Under the pieces are notes generated by a model. The model was not told where the DNA came from, made no database searches, and saw only the letters and a program-made list of their open reading frames with translations. Source: an uncultured Anaerolinea sp. (lineage in GTDB: Bacteria > Chloroflexota > Anaerolineae > Anaerolineales > Anaerolineaceae). Taken from it: a DNA stretch of 64,000 nucleotides. The stretch covers positions 71,270-135,269 of the forward strand of contig CAYVTF010000002.1 in assembly GCA_964454565.1 (NCBI GenBank), read 5' to 3'. The translations under genes were made by a program, and so were the position numbers. Positions 1 to 8,871 of the stretch are shown here, piece after piece. Numbering within the stretch: position 1 is the first letter of the stretch; each line of letters opens with the position of its first letter.

Positions 1-88
1 TCGCCATCGGAAGAAATCGCCGCAAGACACTAAAGCGCAACCTGAATAAGGATTTTTTCCTCATTAAGTTGAGTAATGGAGAGGATAC

Positions 89-832
89 ATGGATAGATTT
101 GTGATTCTCGGCTCATCAAATGCGGTTGCAAAGTCTGGCCAGGATAATACACATTTATTTGTTCAATCTGGAAATAAAAAGATCCTGGTGGATTGTGGCA
201 ATAATCCCATGGCAAAACTGGCGGACGCTGGCGTGTCCGCTACAGAAATCACAGACCTCGTTTTGACCCATTTTCACGCGGACCATATTGGCAGCCTGCC
301 GTTGTTGATCATGGACATGTGGCTGGAAAAACGCCAGGCACCCTTAACCATACACGGGCTCAGGGTTACCCTGACCAAAGCGAAACAACTGCTTGATCTT
401 TTTGGCTGGCAGGAGTGGAAAAACATGTACCCTGTTGTTTTTCACGAGGTAGCCGATGAGAAAGTCGAGGAAGTGATCAATGGCACGGACATAAGGGTTG
501 TCGCTGGATTAGTACAGCATCTTATCCCGACCATTGGACTGCGTTTTGAGTTTGGTTCAGGCCGGGTGGTTACTTATTCATGTGATACTGAACCTTGCGA
601 GGCGTTGATGACGCTGGCAAAAGGTGCGGATGTGCTCCTGCAGGAATCTGCCGGGGATTCGAAAGGGCACACTTCTGCCGCCCAGGCAGGGGAGATCGCA
701 TCCCGGACAGGCAACAAGAAACTGATCCTTATCCATTACGAGCGCAGACAGGGAGAGGAGCAGTTGCTGCTGGAAGCTTGCAGGACTTTTAGTGGTGAAA
801 TACTGCTCGCCAGAGACCTGTTGGAGGTATAA
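89..832 (+). CDS. MBL-fold metallo-hydrolase (RNase Z / beta-lactamase-like)
   Basis: 247-aa ORF with the HxHxDH metal motif (THFHADH). SD GGAGAGGA lies just upstream of the ATG. Substrate unknown. Confidence 0.85.
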   Translation: MDRFVILGSSNAVAKSGQDNTHLFVQSGNKKILVDCGNNPMAKLADAGVSATEITDLVLTHFHADHIGSLPLLIMDMWLEKRQAPLTIHGLRVTLTKAKQLLDLFGWQEWKNMYPVVFHEVADEKVEEVINGTDIRVVAGLVQHLIPTIGLRFEFGSGRVVTYSCDTEPCEALMTLAKGADVLLQESAGDSKGHTSAAQAGEIASRTGNKKLILIHYERRQGEEQLLLEACRTFSGEILLARDLLEV

Positions 833-838
833 AACTCC

Positions 839-1342
839 TTACCACCCCTCAAGAAAATTTGTCCATTCCCGGTTTTCCTGCAGGTACCGGGCAAAGGTGT
901 ACAAAGCTGAACGGGGCGGTTCTTTGGGATGATGGATGAGCGACATACCAGCTTCATCCAGCATGCGTCCCCCTTTATGATGATTGCAGCTGGAACACGC
1001 CGTCACCAGGTTGGTCCAGTCGTGTGAGCCACCAAGGTGTTTGGGATGGATGTGGTCAATCGTGAGAACCGCAGCAGATTTTCCACAATATTGACAGGTG
1101 TAATGGTCTCTGCGGAAAATCTCGCGGCGTGAAAGAGGAACGGACTTTCTTGGTGCATGCACCATTCGTGAGAGGCGGATGACTGAGGGAAGCTGGAAGG
1201 AATTGTTGGTGGTCTTGATCCAACCACGGCCGTTTAGGATGAGTGTGGCTTTCTCAGACAGCATTAGCCCGATAGCGCGACGGAAGTCGCATACGTTGAT
1301 CGGTTCGAAGTTAGAATTAAGTACAAGTACAGGGTTTTCCAT
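839..1342 (-). CDS. HNH endonuclease (McrA-like, stand-alone)
   Basis: CQYCG...HIHPKHLGGSHDWTNLVTACSSCNHHKG is an HNH/zinc-finger signature. I trimmed the start to the internal ATG (MENPVLVLNSNF); the ORF-track N-terminal extension looks non-coding. Confidence 0.85.
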   Translation of the reverse strand: MENPVLVLNSNFEPINVCDFRRAIGLMLSEKATLILNGRGWIKTTNNSFQLPSVIRLSRMVHAPRKSVPLSRREIFRRDHYTCQYCGKSAAVLTIDHIHPKHLGGSHDWTNLVTACSSCNHHKGGRMLDEAGMSLIHHPKEPPRSALYTFARYLQENREWTNFLEGW

Positions 1343-1388
1343 TGGATAATATGACAAAATTATAGCATCAGAAAGGGAAGGACAAAAT

Positions 1389-2297
1389 ATGCGTATAGTC
1401 ATTATTGGGAGCACGGGGTTAATTGGCAGTAAACTGAAGGCTCTGGCTGTAGAAAGAGGTCATCATGTAGTGGCGTTGTCACGCCGCGGTGATATTTCCA
1501 CCCGGAATACAGCCGGCATCCAATATTCAAAGTGGGACGGTGAAACAGCAGCGGATCTGGTTCCGCTGATCGATGGAGCGGACGTCATCGTCAATTTGGC
1601 CGGTCAGAGTATCGGCAAGGGGAAATGGACGAGCGAGAGAAAAGCGATTCATCTTTCCAGCAGGGTTACTCCAGCCCTGGCTGTGACGAGGGCATGGAAA
1701 GACGCAAAGGAAAAACCCTCTTTGCTGGTTCAGGCTAGTGCAATCGGATATTACGGAACGGGAGAGGAGCAAAAGGTTGAAACCTCCGGTCCCGGCAACG
1801 ATTATCTTGCCAACCTGGCTGTGAAATGGGAAGCCGCTTCCGATGAGCTGGAATCTCTCGGCTGCAGGCGGGTGACGCTGCGAACCGGGGTTGTCCTGGA
1901 CGCTGAACAGGGGGTTTTACCGCAATTGATGCTGCCTTTCAAGTTGATGGGTGGCGGCCCAATTGGAAGCGGGAAACAGGTGCTGTCCTGGGTTCACGTA
2001 TCGGATGAAGTTGGCGCGATCATGTATCTCATCGAGAAAGTAGGATCTTCGGGTGTCTACAATATCACCGCGCCCGAACCGGTAACAAACGCTGAAATGG
2101 GCAAAGCCATTTCAAGGGTCACGCATCTGCCCTACTGGTTCCCCGTTCCTGAATTTGCCATGAAACTGGCTCTGGGTGAAATGAGCACTCTTGTTCTGGA
2201 TGGTCAAAAAGTGTTGCCGGCGCGATTGTTGGAGTCCGGTTACAAGTTCAATTTCACTGAAATCGACCTTGCGCTAAAAGACTTGATGAAGAAATAG
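1389..2297 (+). CDS. TIGR01777/YfcH-type epimerase-family SDR protein (DUF1731 C-terminus)
   Basis: N-terminal Rossmann motif IIGSTGLIGSKL. Length of 302 aa and a C-terminal KFNF-type tail are typical of the YfcH family. Confidence 0.85.
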   Translation: MRIVIIGSTGLIGSKLKALAVERGHHVVALSRRGDISTRNTAGIQYSKWDGETAADLVPLIDGADVIVNLAGQSIGKGKWTSERKAIHLSSRVTPALAVTRAWKDAKEKPSLLVQASAIGYYGTGEEQKVETSGPGNDYLANLAVKWEAASDELESLGCRRVTLRTGVVLDAEQGVLPQLMLPFKLMGGGPIGSGKQVLSWVHVSDEVGAIMYLIEKVGSSGVYNITAPEPVTNAEMGKAISRVTHLPYWFPVPEFAMKLALGEMSTLVLDGQKVLPARLLESGYKFNFTEIDLALKDLMKK

Positions 2298-2355
2298 CAC
2301 TCATCAATCCTGCTGGTATAATCTAGGTTCATAAAACCTAAAAAAGGAGGCCGCG

Positions 2356-3567
2356 ATGAACATCAATGAACAAGTCGAATATTTGATGCAGGGTACTGAA
2401 TACGGCGACGAGCAGCTAAAACAAAATATGGCGGAAGAGCTTAAAACCCGTTTGCTTTCCTGCCAAAAGGAAGGAAGACCTCTGCGCGTTTATTGTGGCT
2501 TCGATCCCCGAAAAGCTGATTTACACCTGGGACATACCGTCCCGATGCGAAAATTGCGCCAGTTTCAGGAATTAGGCCACGAGGTGACCTTTGTGATTGG
2601 CAACTTTACATCGCTGATAGGTGATCCTTCAGACAAGGACGTGCTTCGCCCCCAACTTTCAACTGACGAAGTGGCTGAGAATGCCCGCACTTACGCTGAA
2701 CAGGCATTTCGCATTCTAGATCCCCAAAAAACTAGCATTCGTTTCAACGCAGATTGGTTGTCCGAAATCAGTTTTGCGGAGTTGATCAAGGTTGCTTCCA
2801 ATTTTACCCTTCAACAGTTCCTGACCCGGGAGAACTTCAAACTCAGGTGGGAGAAAGGCGACGCAATTTACCTGCATGAAACCTTTTACTCCTTGATGCA
2901 GGGGTATGATGCCTTTGCGCTGCGGACGGATGTGCAGGTTGGTGGCACGGACCAGTTATTCAACATCATGACCGCGGCGCGAAAGATCATGACCAGCATG
3001 GGGGAACAGCCCAACATCGCCATTATTCTTGGCATCTTGCCCGGAACTGATGGGGTCGTGAAAATGAGCAAATCTTTGGGCAACCACATTCCGATAAATA
3101 CAGATGCCAATGACATGTACGGCAAGGTGATGAGCATACCTGATACTGCGATGGGGAAGTATTTCCGCCTGGTTACGAGGTTGACACCGCCTGAGATCAG
3201 CGCGATTGAAGAAGGTGTGAAGAACAATAGCCTTCATCCCCGCGATGCCAAGATGCGGCTGGCAAAGGAGATTGTTTCCGCTTTCTATGGAGAATCTGAG
3301 GCAGAAAAAGCACAACAGGTTTTCGTGGAGACCTTCCAGAAGGGTAGTATTCCTGACGATATCGCCGAGCTAAAGGTCAACCCGGGGGCCACGATCATTG
3401 ATATCCTCCTGGAATCAACAATTGCCAAAAGCAGGAGTGAAGCTCGTCGCCTGATTGAGCAAAATGGAGTGCGTTATGAGGGCAAGGTGATCGTGGATCC
3501 TGCATTGGAGCTGACACCGCCAGGTGTGCTCCAGGTAGGGAAAAGACACTTCCTCAAACTGGTTTGA
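2356..3567 (+). CDS. tyrS: tyrosine--tRNA ligase
   Basis: HIGH-type motif (DLHLGH), KMSKS motif (KMSKSLGN), and a C-terminal S4-like RNA-binding domain. Strong SD AAAGGAGG. Confidence 0.95.
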   Translation: MNINEQVEYLMQGTEYGDEQLKQNMAEELKTRLLSCQKEGRPLRVYCGFDPRKADLHLGHTVPMRKLRQFQELGHEVTFVIGNFTSLIGDPSDKDVLRPQLSTDEVAENARTYAEQAFRILDPQKTSIRFNADWLSEISFAELIKVASNFTLQQFLTRENFKLRWEKGDAIYLHETFYSLMQGYDAFALRTDVQVGGTDQLFNIMTAARKIMTSMGEQPNIAIILGILPGTDGVVKMSKSLGNHIPINTDANDMYGKVMSIPDTAMGKYFRLVTRLTPPEISAIEEGVKNNSLHPRDAKMRLAKEIVSAFYGESEAEKAQQVFVETFQKGSIPDDIAELKVNPGATIIDILLESTIAKSRSEARRLIEQNGVRYEGKVIVDPALELTPPGVLQVGKRHFLKLV

Positions 3568-3583
3568 ACAGAATGATCAATCT

Positions 3584-3610
3584 GACAGGCTACATTTACT
3601 GTAGCCTGTC
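3584..3610. terminator. bidirectional intrinsic terminator between convergent tyrS and the SEDS-PBP gene
   Basis: Perfect 10-bp stem GACAGGCTAC/GTAGCCTGTC with a 7-nt loop, followed by TTTATTT on the + strand. Confidence 0.7.
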
Positions 3611-3611
3611 T

Positions 3612-6221
3612 TTATTTGGTAATAGAGGAAATAGCAGCCAGGAATAAATTCTGTCCGATTTCGCGAGCCAAGGCAGGGGTGGAATTCTCGAGGGCTACCA
3701 CCAGAGTTAGCGGGGTTCCCTGCCAACTGGATGGAGTTCCGGTAACGTACCAAGAGATTTTGGCATCTTTGTGTTTTGCAAGGGATGAGATTTCCCAGCC
3801 CGAGAAATTACCCTGGGTAAGACGGGTGGTAGCATCTGCCGCGTTGAAATTTAGGATGCTTTTGCTAATTGATTCCTGTTCAATAAGTTGCCAGGATTCT
3901 TCAAAATTTCTAAAGGATAAAGCGATTTCGGGTGATGGCACTTCCCCGCCATTTGATAAGCTGGCTGCCATGACTGCCACTTGCAATGGGGAGACAAGCA
4001 GGTTAAGTTCTCCGGTGAAAAGATCGGAGTAACTGGCAATTACCTGCGGGATTACCGGTTGACTGGTTTCCAGTGGAATTGCTGGTTCAGCGGTTATTCC
4101 GGTTTGTTGCAGCAGGTCGGTGACCTCATCCAGCGGGATTGCCTGGCTGAGCGTGAGGATTGGTTCGACACAGCCTGAACTGACCAGTTTTCCCCAGGTA
4201 ACGGTCGATTCTGGCAACAAAGCACAAAAATGAGGATTTTCAGGATCAGTACTCCATACCTCATCAGGGATTAATGTGGATAGGTTATTCTCTGCCAGGT
4301 ATCTTGAGAAGATCACACCACTAAGCGTGGTCCCGGGAGGATAGAGAGCCTGGGTTGCCCGGTTGAGCAAGGGTGCTGAATCATCCCCCATCCATGCTTC
4401 CCATTCGCTCTCAAGTTGGTTTGAGTCAAAAGTTGGTGAGGTTGCCATGGCAAGTATTTCACCCGAATCGGAATTTAGTAAAAGGATGGAGCCAGTAAAA
4501 TTGACCAGGCTCTCATCTGCAATGCGCTGTAAGGGCAGATCAAGGCTCAACCGGATGTCAAACCCCGGGGGATATTGACTATATAGGAAGCGCGATGCAA
4601 AGACATTGCCTTCCATATTTCCTTCCACACCTCTCAAGTAATCATCAAGAAAGTATTCGATTCCGGTTTGTCCGTAATTGGGATTGCTGTACCCGATTAC
4701 AGAACTGAGGAGAGGGTATTCCAGCGTGCGGGTGAGTGCACCTGGTTCACCTGAAGCGGAAGTGAGGGGAGTGTTATTCCTGTCGAAAATCGTGCCACGA
4801 TAGACGTAGAGGTCTGAGATCGCCCGACGGGGATTATCTCCCCTTGAAAGGAGGGTCTCTGAACGAAAAACGCTCCACCACGCGGTCAACAGGCTGATGG
4901 CAACAAAACCTGCAATCAAGACAGAACCGATCAAAACGTAAGGCTTTGCTCTTTCGATTGGAGCCGGATGGTCTTCGGATTGGTTGCTGATCAGTAAAAG
5001 TAGTAGTAGCGCAAAGAATGATGTGACAAGCGAAGTGCCGCCGTAGGAGACAAAAGGCAGGGTCACGCCGGTGAGCGGCAACAGGCGAATCGTCCCTCCC
5101 ATGATCAGGATTGCCTGGCTGCAAAGGTAGGCTGTCAAGCCGGCAGCAAGGAAGCGTTGAAACTGGTTGGGGGCGTGAAATGAGATGGTTATACCCCGGA
5201 CACAGAAAAGTGCATAAAGACACACAATGCCAATACCCCCGGCAAGCCCAAATTCTTCCACAATCGCGGGGTAAATGAAATCTGAATTTGCCACGGGGAC
5301 AACACCCGGGCTTCCCAACCCGATCCCTCGTCCCAGCAATCCACCGTTGGCGATGGAAATGAGTGATTGGACAATCTGGTAGGATCTTCCGCGCGCATCA
5401 ACCCATGGATTCAACCATGCTTCCACCCTAAGCTGGATGACATCAAATACCAGGTATCCGGCAATGAGACTGGCAATTATGAAGAGAAAACTGAACAAGA
5501 GTATGCGTCGTTTCCCTGATGCCAGGTAGATGATGATAGTGTAGATAATAATGAAGATGGAGGCCGTCCCCAGGTCCCGTTGGGCAACAAGAATAAGAAC
5601 GGCGGCAGCGATGATAATCAAAGTGGGAGTCAATAACTGCATCAGTCTAAACCTGGCTGGCAGGCTATCAGAAAGATAAGCTGCGAGGTACACGATAAGC
5701 AGAACTTTCAGTATCTCGGATGGCTGTAAATAAATATTTCCAAAACCAAGCCAGAGACCCGGTCCACCTCCCCCGGGATAAACGCCAAAGAAAAATGTCA
5801 GCAGGGTCAGTAACAACCCGGTCAACAGCCAGATGTACTTGTATCTGCGTAATAGCTGTAGGAGGTTTTTTACTCTTAAGGTGATCAAAACACCGGCGAC
5901 AACCACAGCCAGCCAGGCGGTCTGCCGAAACCCAAAAGCCGGGTCGAGCCTGTAGATCATCAATAATCCCCAGCCTGTGAGGAACGAAACAATTGGCAGC
6001 AAAAAAAGGTCTCTATCCGGAAGGTAATGGTTCATTTGCTGATAAAGGACTGCAAAACCCGCAATCCAGACAGAAAAACCGATCCATTGCTGCCATTTCA
6101 GGCTAACGGCGAAAGAGTGGGCTCGGATTGCTGGTGCAAACGTGAGTGCCAGGCATCCCAGGAACACAAATGCAACCACCAGGATGACCAGCCTAACTTG
6201 ACCCTGGTATTTTGGGGACAT
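3612..6221 (-). CDS. FtsW/RodA/SpoVE (SEDS) glycosyltransferase fused to a class-B PBP-like domain
   Basis: 869 aa. Residues ~40-415 are polytopic SEDS-like (PFVSYGGTS motif). An extra TM helix follows, then pedestal and transpeptidase-like domains (GEILAMATSPTFDSN, NRATQALYPPG, SPLQVAVMAASLSNGG). Confidence 0.85.
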   Translation of the reverse strand: MSPKYQGQVRLVILVVAFVFLGCLALTFAPAIRAHSFAVSLKWQQWIGFSVWIAGFAVLYQQMNHYLPDRDLFLLPIVSFLTGWGLLMIYRLDPAFGFRQTAWLAVVVAGVLITLRVKNLLQLLRRYKYIWLLTGLLLTLLTFFFGVYPGGGGPGLWLGFGNIYLQPSEILKVLLIVYLAAYLSDSLPARFRLMQLLTPTLIIIAAAVLILVAQRDLGTASIFIIIYTIIIYLASGKRRILLFSFLFIIASLIAGYLVFDVIQLRVEAWLNPWVDARGRSYQIVQSLISIANGGLLGRGIGLGSPGVVPVANSDFIYPAIVEEFGLAGGIGIVCLYALFCVRGITISFHAPNQFQRFLAAGLTAYLCSQAILIMGGTIRLLPLTGVTLPFVSYGGTSLVTSFFALLLLLLISNQSEDHPAPIERAKPYVLIGSVLIAGFVAISLLTAWWSVFRSETLLSRGDNPRRAISDLYVYRGTIFDRNNTPLTSASGEPGALTRTLEYPLLSSVIGYSNPNYGQTGIEYFLDDYLRGVEGNMEGNVFASRFLYSQYPPGFDIRLSLDLPLQRIADESLVNFTGSILLLNSDSGEILAMATSPTFDSNQLESEWEAWMGDDSAPLLNRATQALYPPGTTLSGVIFSRYLAENNLSTLIPDEVWSTDPENPHFCALLPESTVTWGKLVSSGCVEPILTLSQAIPLDEVTDLLQQTGITAEPAIPLETSQPVIPQVIASYSDLFTGELNLLVSPLQVAVMAASLSNGGEVPSPEIALSFRNFEESWQLIEQESISKSILNFNAADATTRLTQGNFSGWEISSLAKHKDAKISWYVTGTPSSWQGTPLTLVVALENSTPALAREIGQNLFLAAISSITK

Positions 6222-6241
6222 GGACCTAGGAAATAAAGGGT

Positions 6242-7108
6242 TTACTTTAAGTATTTCTGCACCAAAAGTTCTAATTTTTGAATAGATTCAGGTGAAATAT
6301 TTGCCCGGTTGGTAATGATTGCGTCTCTTAAGGCATGATGACAGGAACATTGCGATTCGAGCGGCAAGTTCTCAACAAGTGTAAGAATGCTTTGCTGAAG
6401 GATCTCGGTATTTTTCTTCAATGTCTGGATCACCATTTCCACACTCACCGCTTCTTCGCTGAGGTGCCAAACATCAAAATCAGTAACGTGTGCCATAACG
6501 CTGTAACACATTTCCGCTTCACGGGCAAGGAACGCCTCAGGGGAAGTGGTCATGCCGATCAGCGACATCCCCCAGGAGCGGTAGACATTTGATTCTGCTT
6601 TCGTGGAAAAACGTGGTCCTTCTATTGTGATCATCGAACCACCCAGGTGAGTCACTACACCTGTTTTTGAGATCGCCTGGTAAGCAAGCGTCGAAAGTTC
6701 CGGGCAAAATGGATCAGCGCTGCTAACATGCACTACCAGTCCGCTCTCAAAAAAGGATCGAATTCGCGCGTGAGTGTGATCGAAAAGCTGTATAGGTACA
6801 ACGATGTTTCCCGGCGCGAAATCCTCACGCAATGAGCCACAAGCGCTGACGCTGATGATTCGATTGACCCCGATGCTTTTCAATGCATAGATGTTGGCGC
6901 GGTAGTTGACCTCTGATGGGGGTAGTGTGTGCCCAATCCCGTGCCTGGCCAGGAATGCGACACGCTTACCTGAAAGCGTTCCGACCAGGATGGGTGCGCT
7001 TGGGCAGCCAAAAGGAGTAGTGGGATTAACTTGTTCTATTGATTCCAGAGCGGGAAAGTCGTACAGGCCTGAACCGCCAATAACTGCCAAAACTGGTTGA
7101 GAATTCAT
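6242..7108 (-). CDS. mtnP: S-methyl-5'-thioadenosine phosphorylase
   Basis: IGGSGLY N-terminus, ARHG..H and GMT..PE motifs of the MTAP/PNP family. Start placed at ATG 7108 (SD GGAGAG 6 nt upstream). GTG 7126 or ATG 7120 are alternatives. Confidence 0.88.
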   Translation of the reverse strand: MNSQPVLAVIGGSGLYDFPALESIEQVNPTTPFGCPSAPILVGTLSGKRVAFLARHGIGHTLPPSEVNYRANIYALKSIGVNRIISVSACGSLREDFAPGNIVVPIQLFDHTHARIRSFFESGLVVHVSSADPFCPELSTLAYQAISKTGVVTHLGGSMITIEGPRFSTKAESNVYRSWGMSLIGMTTSPEAFLAREAEMCYSVMAHVTDFDVWHLSEEAVSVEMVIQTLKKNTEILQQSILTLVENLPLESQCSCHHALRDAIITNRANISPESIQKLELLVQKYLK

Positions 7109-7122
7109 TGTGCTCTCCATTT

Positions 7123-7554
7123 TCACGACAAGGGTTGGATTTCGATTGTAAGGACCACCTTACCAACCCGCAATTCATCACCGTTGATCAAAATGGTGGG
7201 TGTTTCCACCTTTTCGTCGTTCAGGTAAGTCCCGTTTGTAGAAAGCAGGTCTTCAATCCACCATTGTTTATTGCGGTACCAGAGCCGGGCATGATGGTTG
7301 GAAATGGTCTCATCGCTAATAGCAAAGTCACTTGCAGGGTCTCTGCCAATTCTTAGCTCCGGCTGGGTGTAGATTTGTTTGGCATCTGCTTCGTTTCCTT
7401 CACGCAATAGCGCGATATAAGGGATTTTCCGTGAGGAAAGGGTTTGGCTCTGGAAATTGAGGTCACGCCACAGGGTATAAACCACCCAACCGAGAAAGGA
7501 AAATAAGGCGGCAACCATCAAGATGCGCAGGATCATTACAACCACCGCGATCAT
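7123..7554 (-). CDS. membrane-anchored FHA-domain protein (FhaB/FipA-like)
   Basis: N-terminal TM helix plus a C-terminal FHA domain (IGR....D....D..IS..HA......W.IEDL.STNGT..N). ATGA overlap with the upstream gene. Confidence 0.85.
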   Translation of the reverse strand: MIAVVVMILRILMVAALFSFLGWVVYTLWRDLNFQSQTLSSRKIPYIALLREGNEADAKQIYTQPELRIGRDPASDFAISDETISNHHARLWYRNKQWWIEDLLSTNGTYLNDEKVETPTILINGDELRVGKVVLTIEIQPLS

Positions 7555-8339
7555 TTTTCAATCTCCTGTCTTGAAGCAGGTTTTATCTCTGAAGTCTTGT
7601 CCATGGTAATACCTGTATCGTTAAATTTTTCCAGGTGGAAGATGAACGTGTACCCTGCCAGGGAGATCACATCACCCGGGCACAACACCCGCGTACCCAC
7701 CCTCTCCCCGTTCACGAATGTGCCACCAGTGGATCCAACGTCAAAAATCACGTATTCTTCCTGGATCTTCCTGATCTGGGCATGTGTCCGGGAGACCCTC
7801 AAGTCGTTGATCACTACAGTATTACTGGACCGCCGGCCGAGGTTGATGACTGATTTCCGCAAGGAGATGCTGTTGCCTTGTTGGTCGAGCAACAAAGCAC
7901 CGCTCTCCTCTTTTGGTTCGGTTTTGCGGTTGGTCAATTGTGCCATGGGAATGGCACCAGTTTGACCTGGAACCAGGGTGGATTCAACCAATTCAACCTG
8001 GATTTCGTTCTCCGCAAGCGAGTTTTTCATGATGATTTGAAGCCGCGGAGGGGCATTAAAGATAACACCGAATTCCGCAGAACTGGTTGTCATCGCTTCG
8101 GTCAGCAATTTTTCCCAGCCTGTTTTTTTCTGCCAATCAGCCGCAACACCGGGGTTCATAAATATCTTGAATTCAGGTGCGTTCATTTCACCCTGAAAAT
8201 CCTGCTCAGAAAAATAGCCATGCAAAGCATCACACAACTGGTGAACCAGGCAGGCGTTTTGATCCGACCAGGGGAAAAGAGAGTTGCTCGCCTCAAGAAG
8301 CGAACGGATACGTTTTTCGATCTCGTCAAAAGTATTCAT
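7551..8339 (-). CDS. FhaA-like protein (DUF3662-like N-terminus + C-terminal FHA domain)
   Basis: C-terminal FHA signature (LGRRSSNTVVINDLRVSRTHAQI...FDVGSTGGTFVNGERV). Start trimmed to ATG 8339 (MNTFDEIEKRI). Confidence 0.8.
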   Translation of the reverse strand: MNTFDEIEKRIRSLLEASNSLFPWSDQNACLVHQLCDALHGYFSEQDFQGEMNAPEFKIFMNPGVAADWQKKTGWEKLLTEAMTTSSAEFGVIFNAPPRLQIIMKNSLAENEIQVELVESTLVPGQTGAIPMAQLTNRKTEPKEESGALLLDQQGNSISLRKSVINLGRRSSNTVVINDLRVSRTHAQIRKIQEEYVIFDVGSTGGTFVNGERVGTRVLCPGDVISLAGYTFIFHLEKFNDTGITMDKTSEIKPASRQEIEK

Positions 8340-8376
8340 TGTTGAAATTATAACCAAGGAAGAGGGAAAAATCAGG

Positions 8377-8871
8377 TCAATCCGGATCAGATTCGGTGAG
8401 TGCCGGTTTTGATAAATCAGCAATTTGGGGATGAAGGATCTCAATAAGATCCGAGGTATTGATGCGGAGGTTTAGTCCGCGTTGTCCTCCGGAAATGTGA
8501 ATATCCTGGTGGTCTTTGATGGAACTATCAATGAGAAATTTGAACCCCTTGTGGATCAACGCCAGGGGGCTGATTCCTCCCACCTGTAATCCAGTCAGTT
8601 TTTCAGCCTCCTGCAGACTGGTAACTGCCACTTTTTTCTCACCTACAAGGGCTGCTACTTTTTTCAAGTCCACAACCCTGTCACCGGGGATGAGGCATAA
8701 TACCGGTTTCCCTTTTGTGGAAGTCAAAATAATCGATTTGTACACAATTTGCACATTTACCGAGAGATAGTCGGCAGTTTCAATTGCCCCCAATTTCTCC
8801 GCGGGAAGTTCAAAGACGGAAAACCGCGCTTTGTGAGCCTCCAACAACCTGGTCACATTATTACCCGTCAT
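8377..8871 (-). CDS. YbaK/EbsC-type aminoacyl-tRNA (Cys-tRNA-Pro) deacylase
   Basis: 164 aa. YbaK editing-domain pattern (KSIIL....KPVLCLIPGD..VDLKK......V......EAE..TG...GGISP). ATGA overlap with the upstream PHP gene. Confidence 0.82.
   Translation of the reverse strand: MTGNNVTRLLEAHKARFSVFELPAEKLGAIETADYLSVNVQIVYKSIILTSTKGKPVLCLIPGDRVVDLKKVAALVGEKKVAVTSLQEAEKLTGLQVGGISPLALIHKGFKFLIDSSIKDHQDIHISGGQRGLNLRINTSDLIEILHPQIADLSKPALTESDPD

Noticed and set aside
1-33. Possible 3' end of a + strand gene (…SPSEEIAARH-stop) at the window edge
   Set aside because: Only 10 codons are visible, so it cannot be supported or identified.
2298-2355. Possible T-box leader upstream of tyrS
   Set aside because: The intergenic gap is only 58 nt. 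That is far too short for a T-box riboswitch, and no specifier or T-box sequence is seen.
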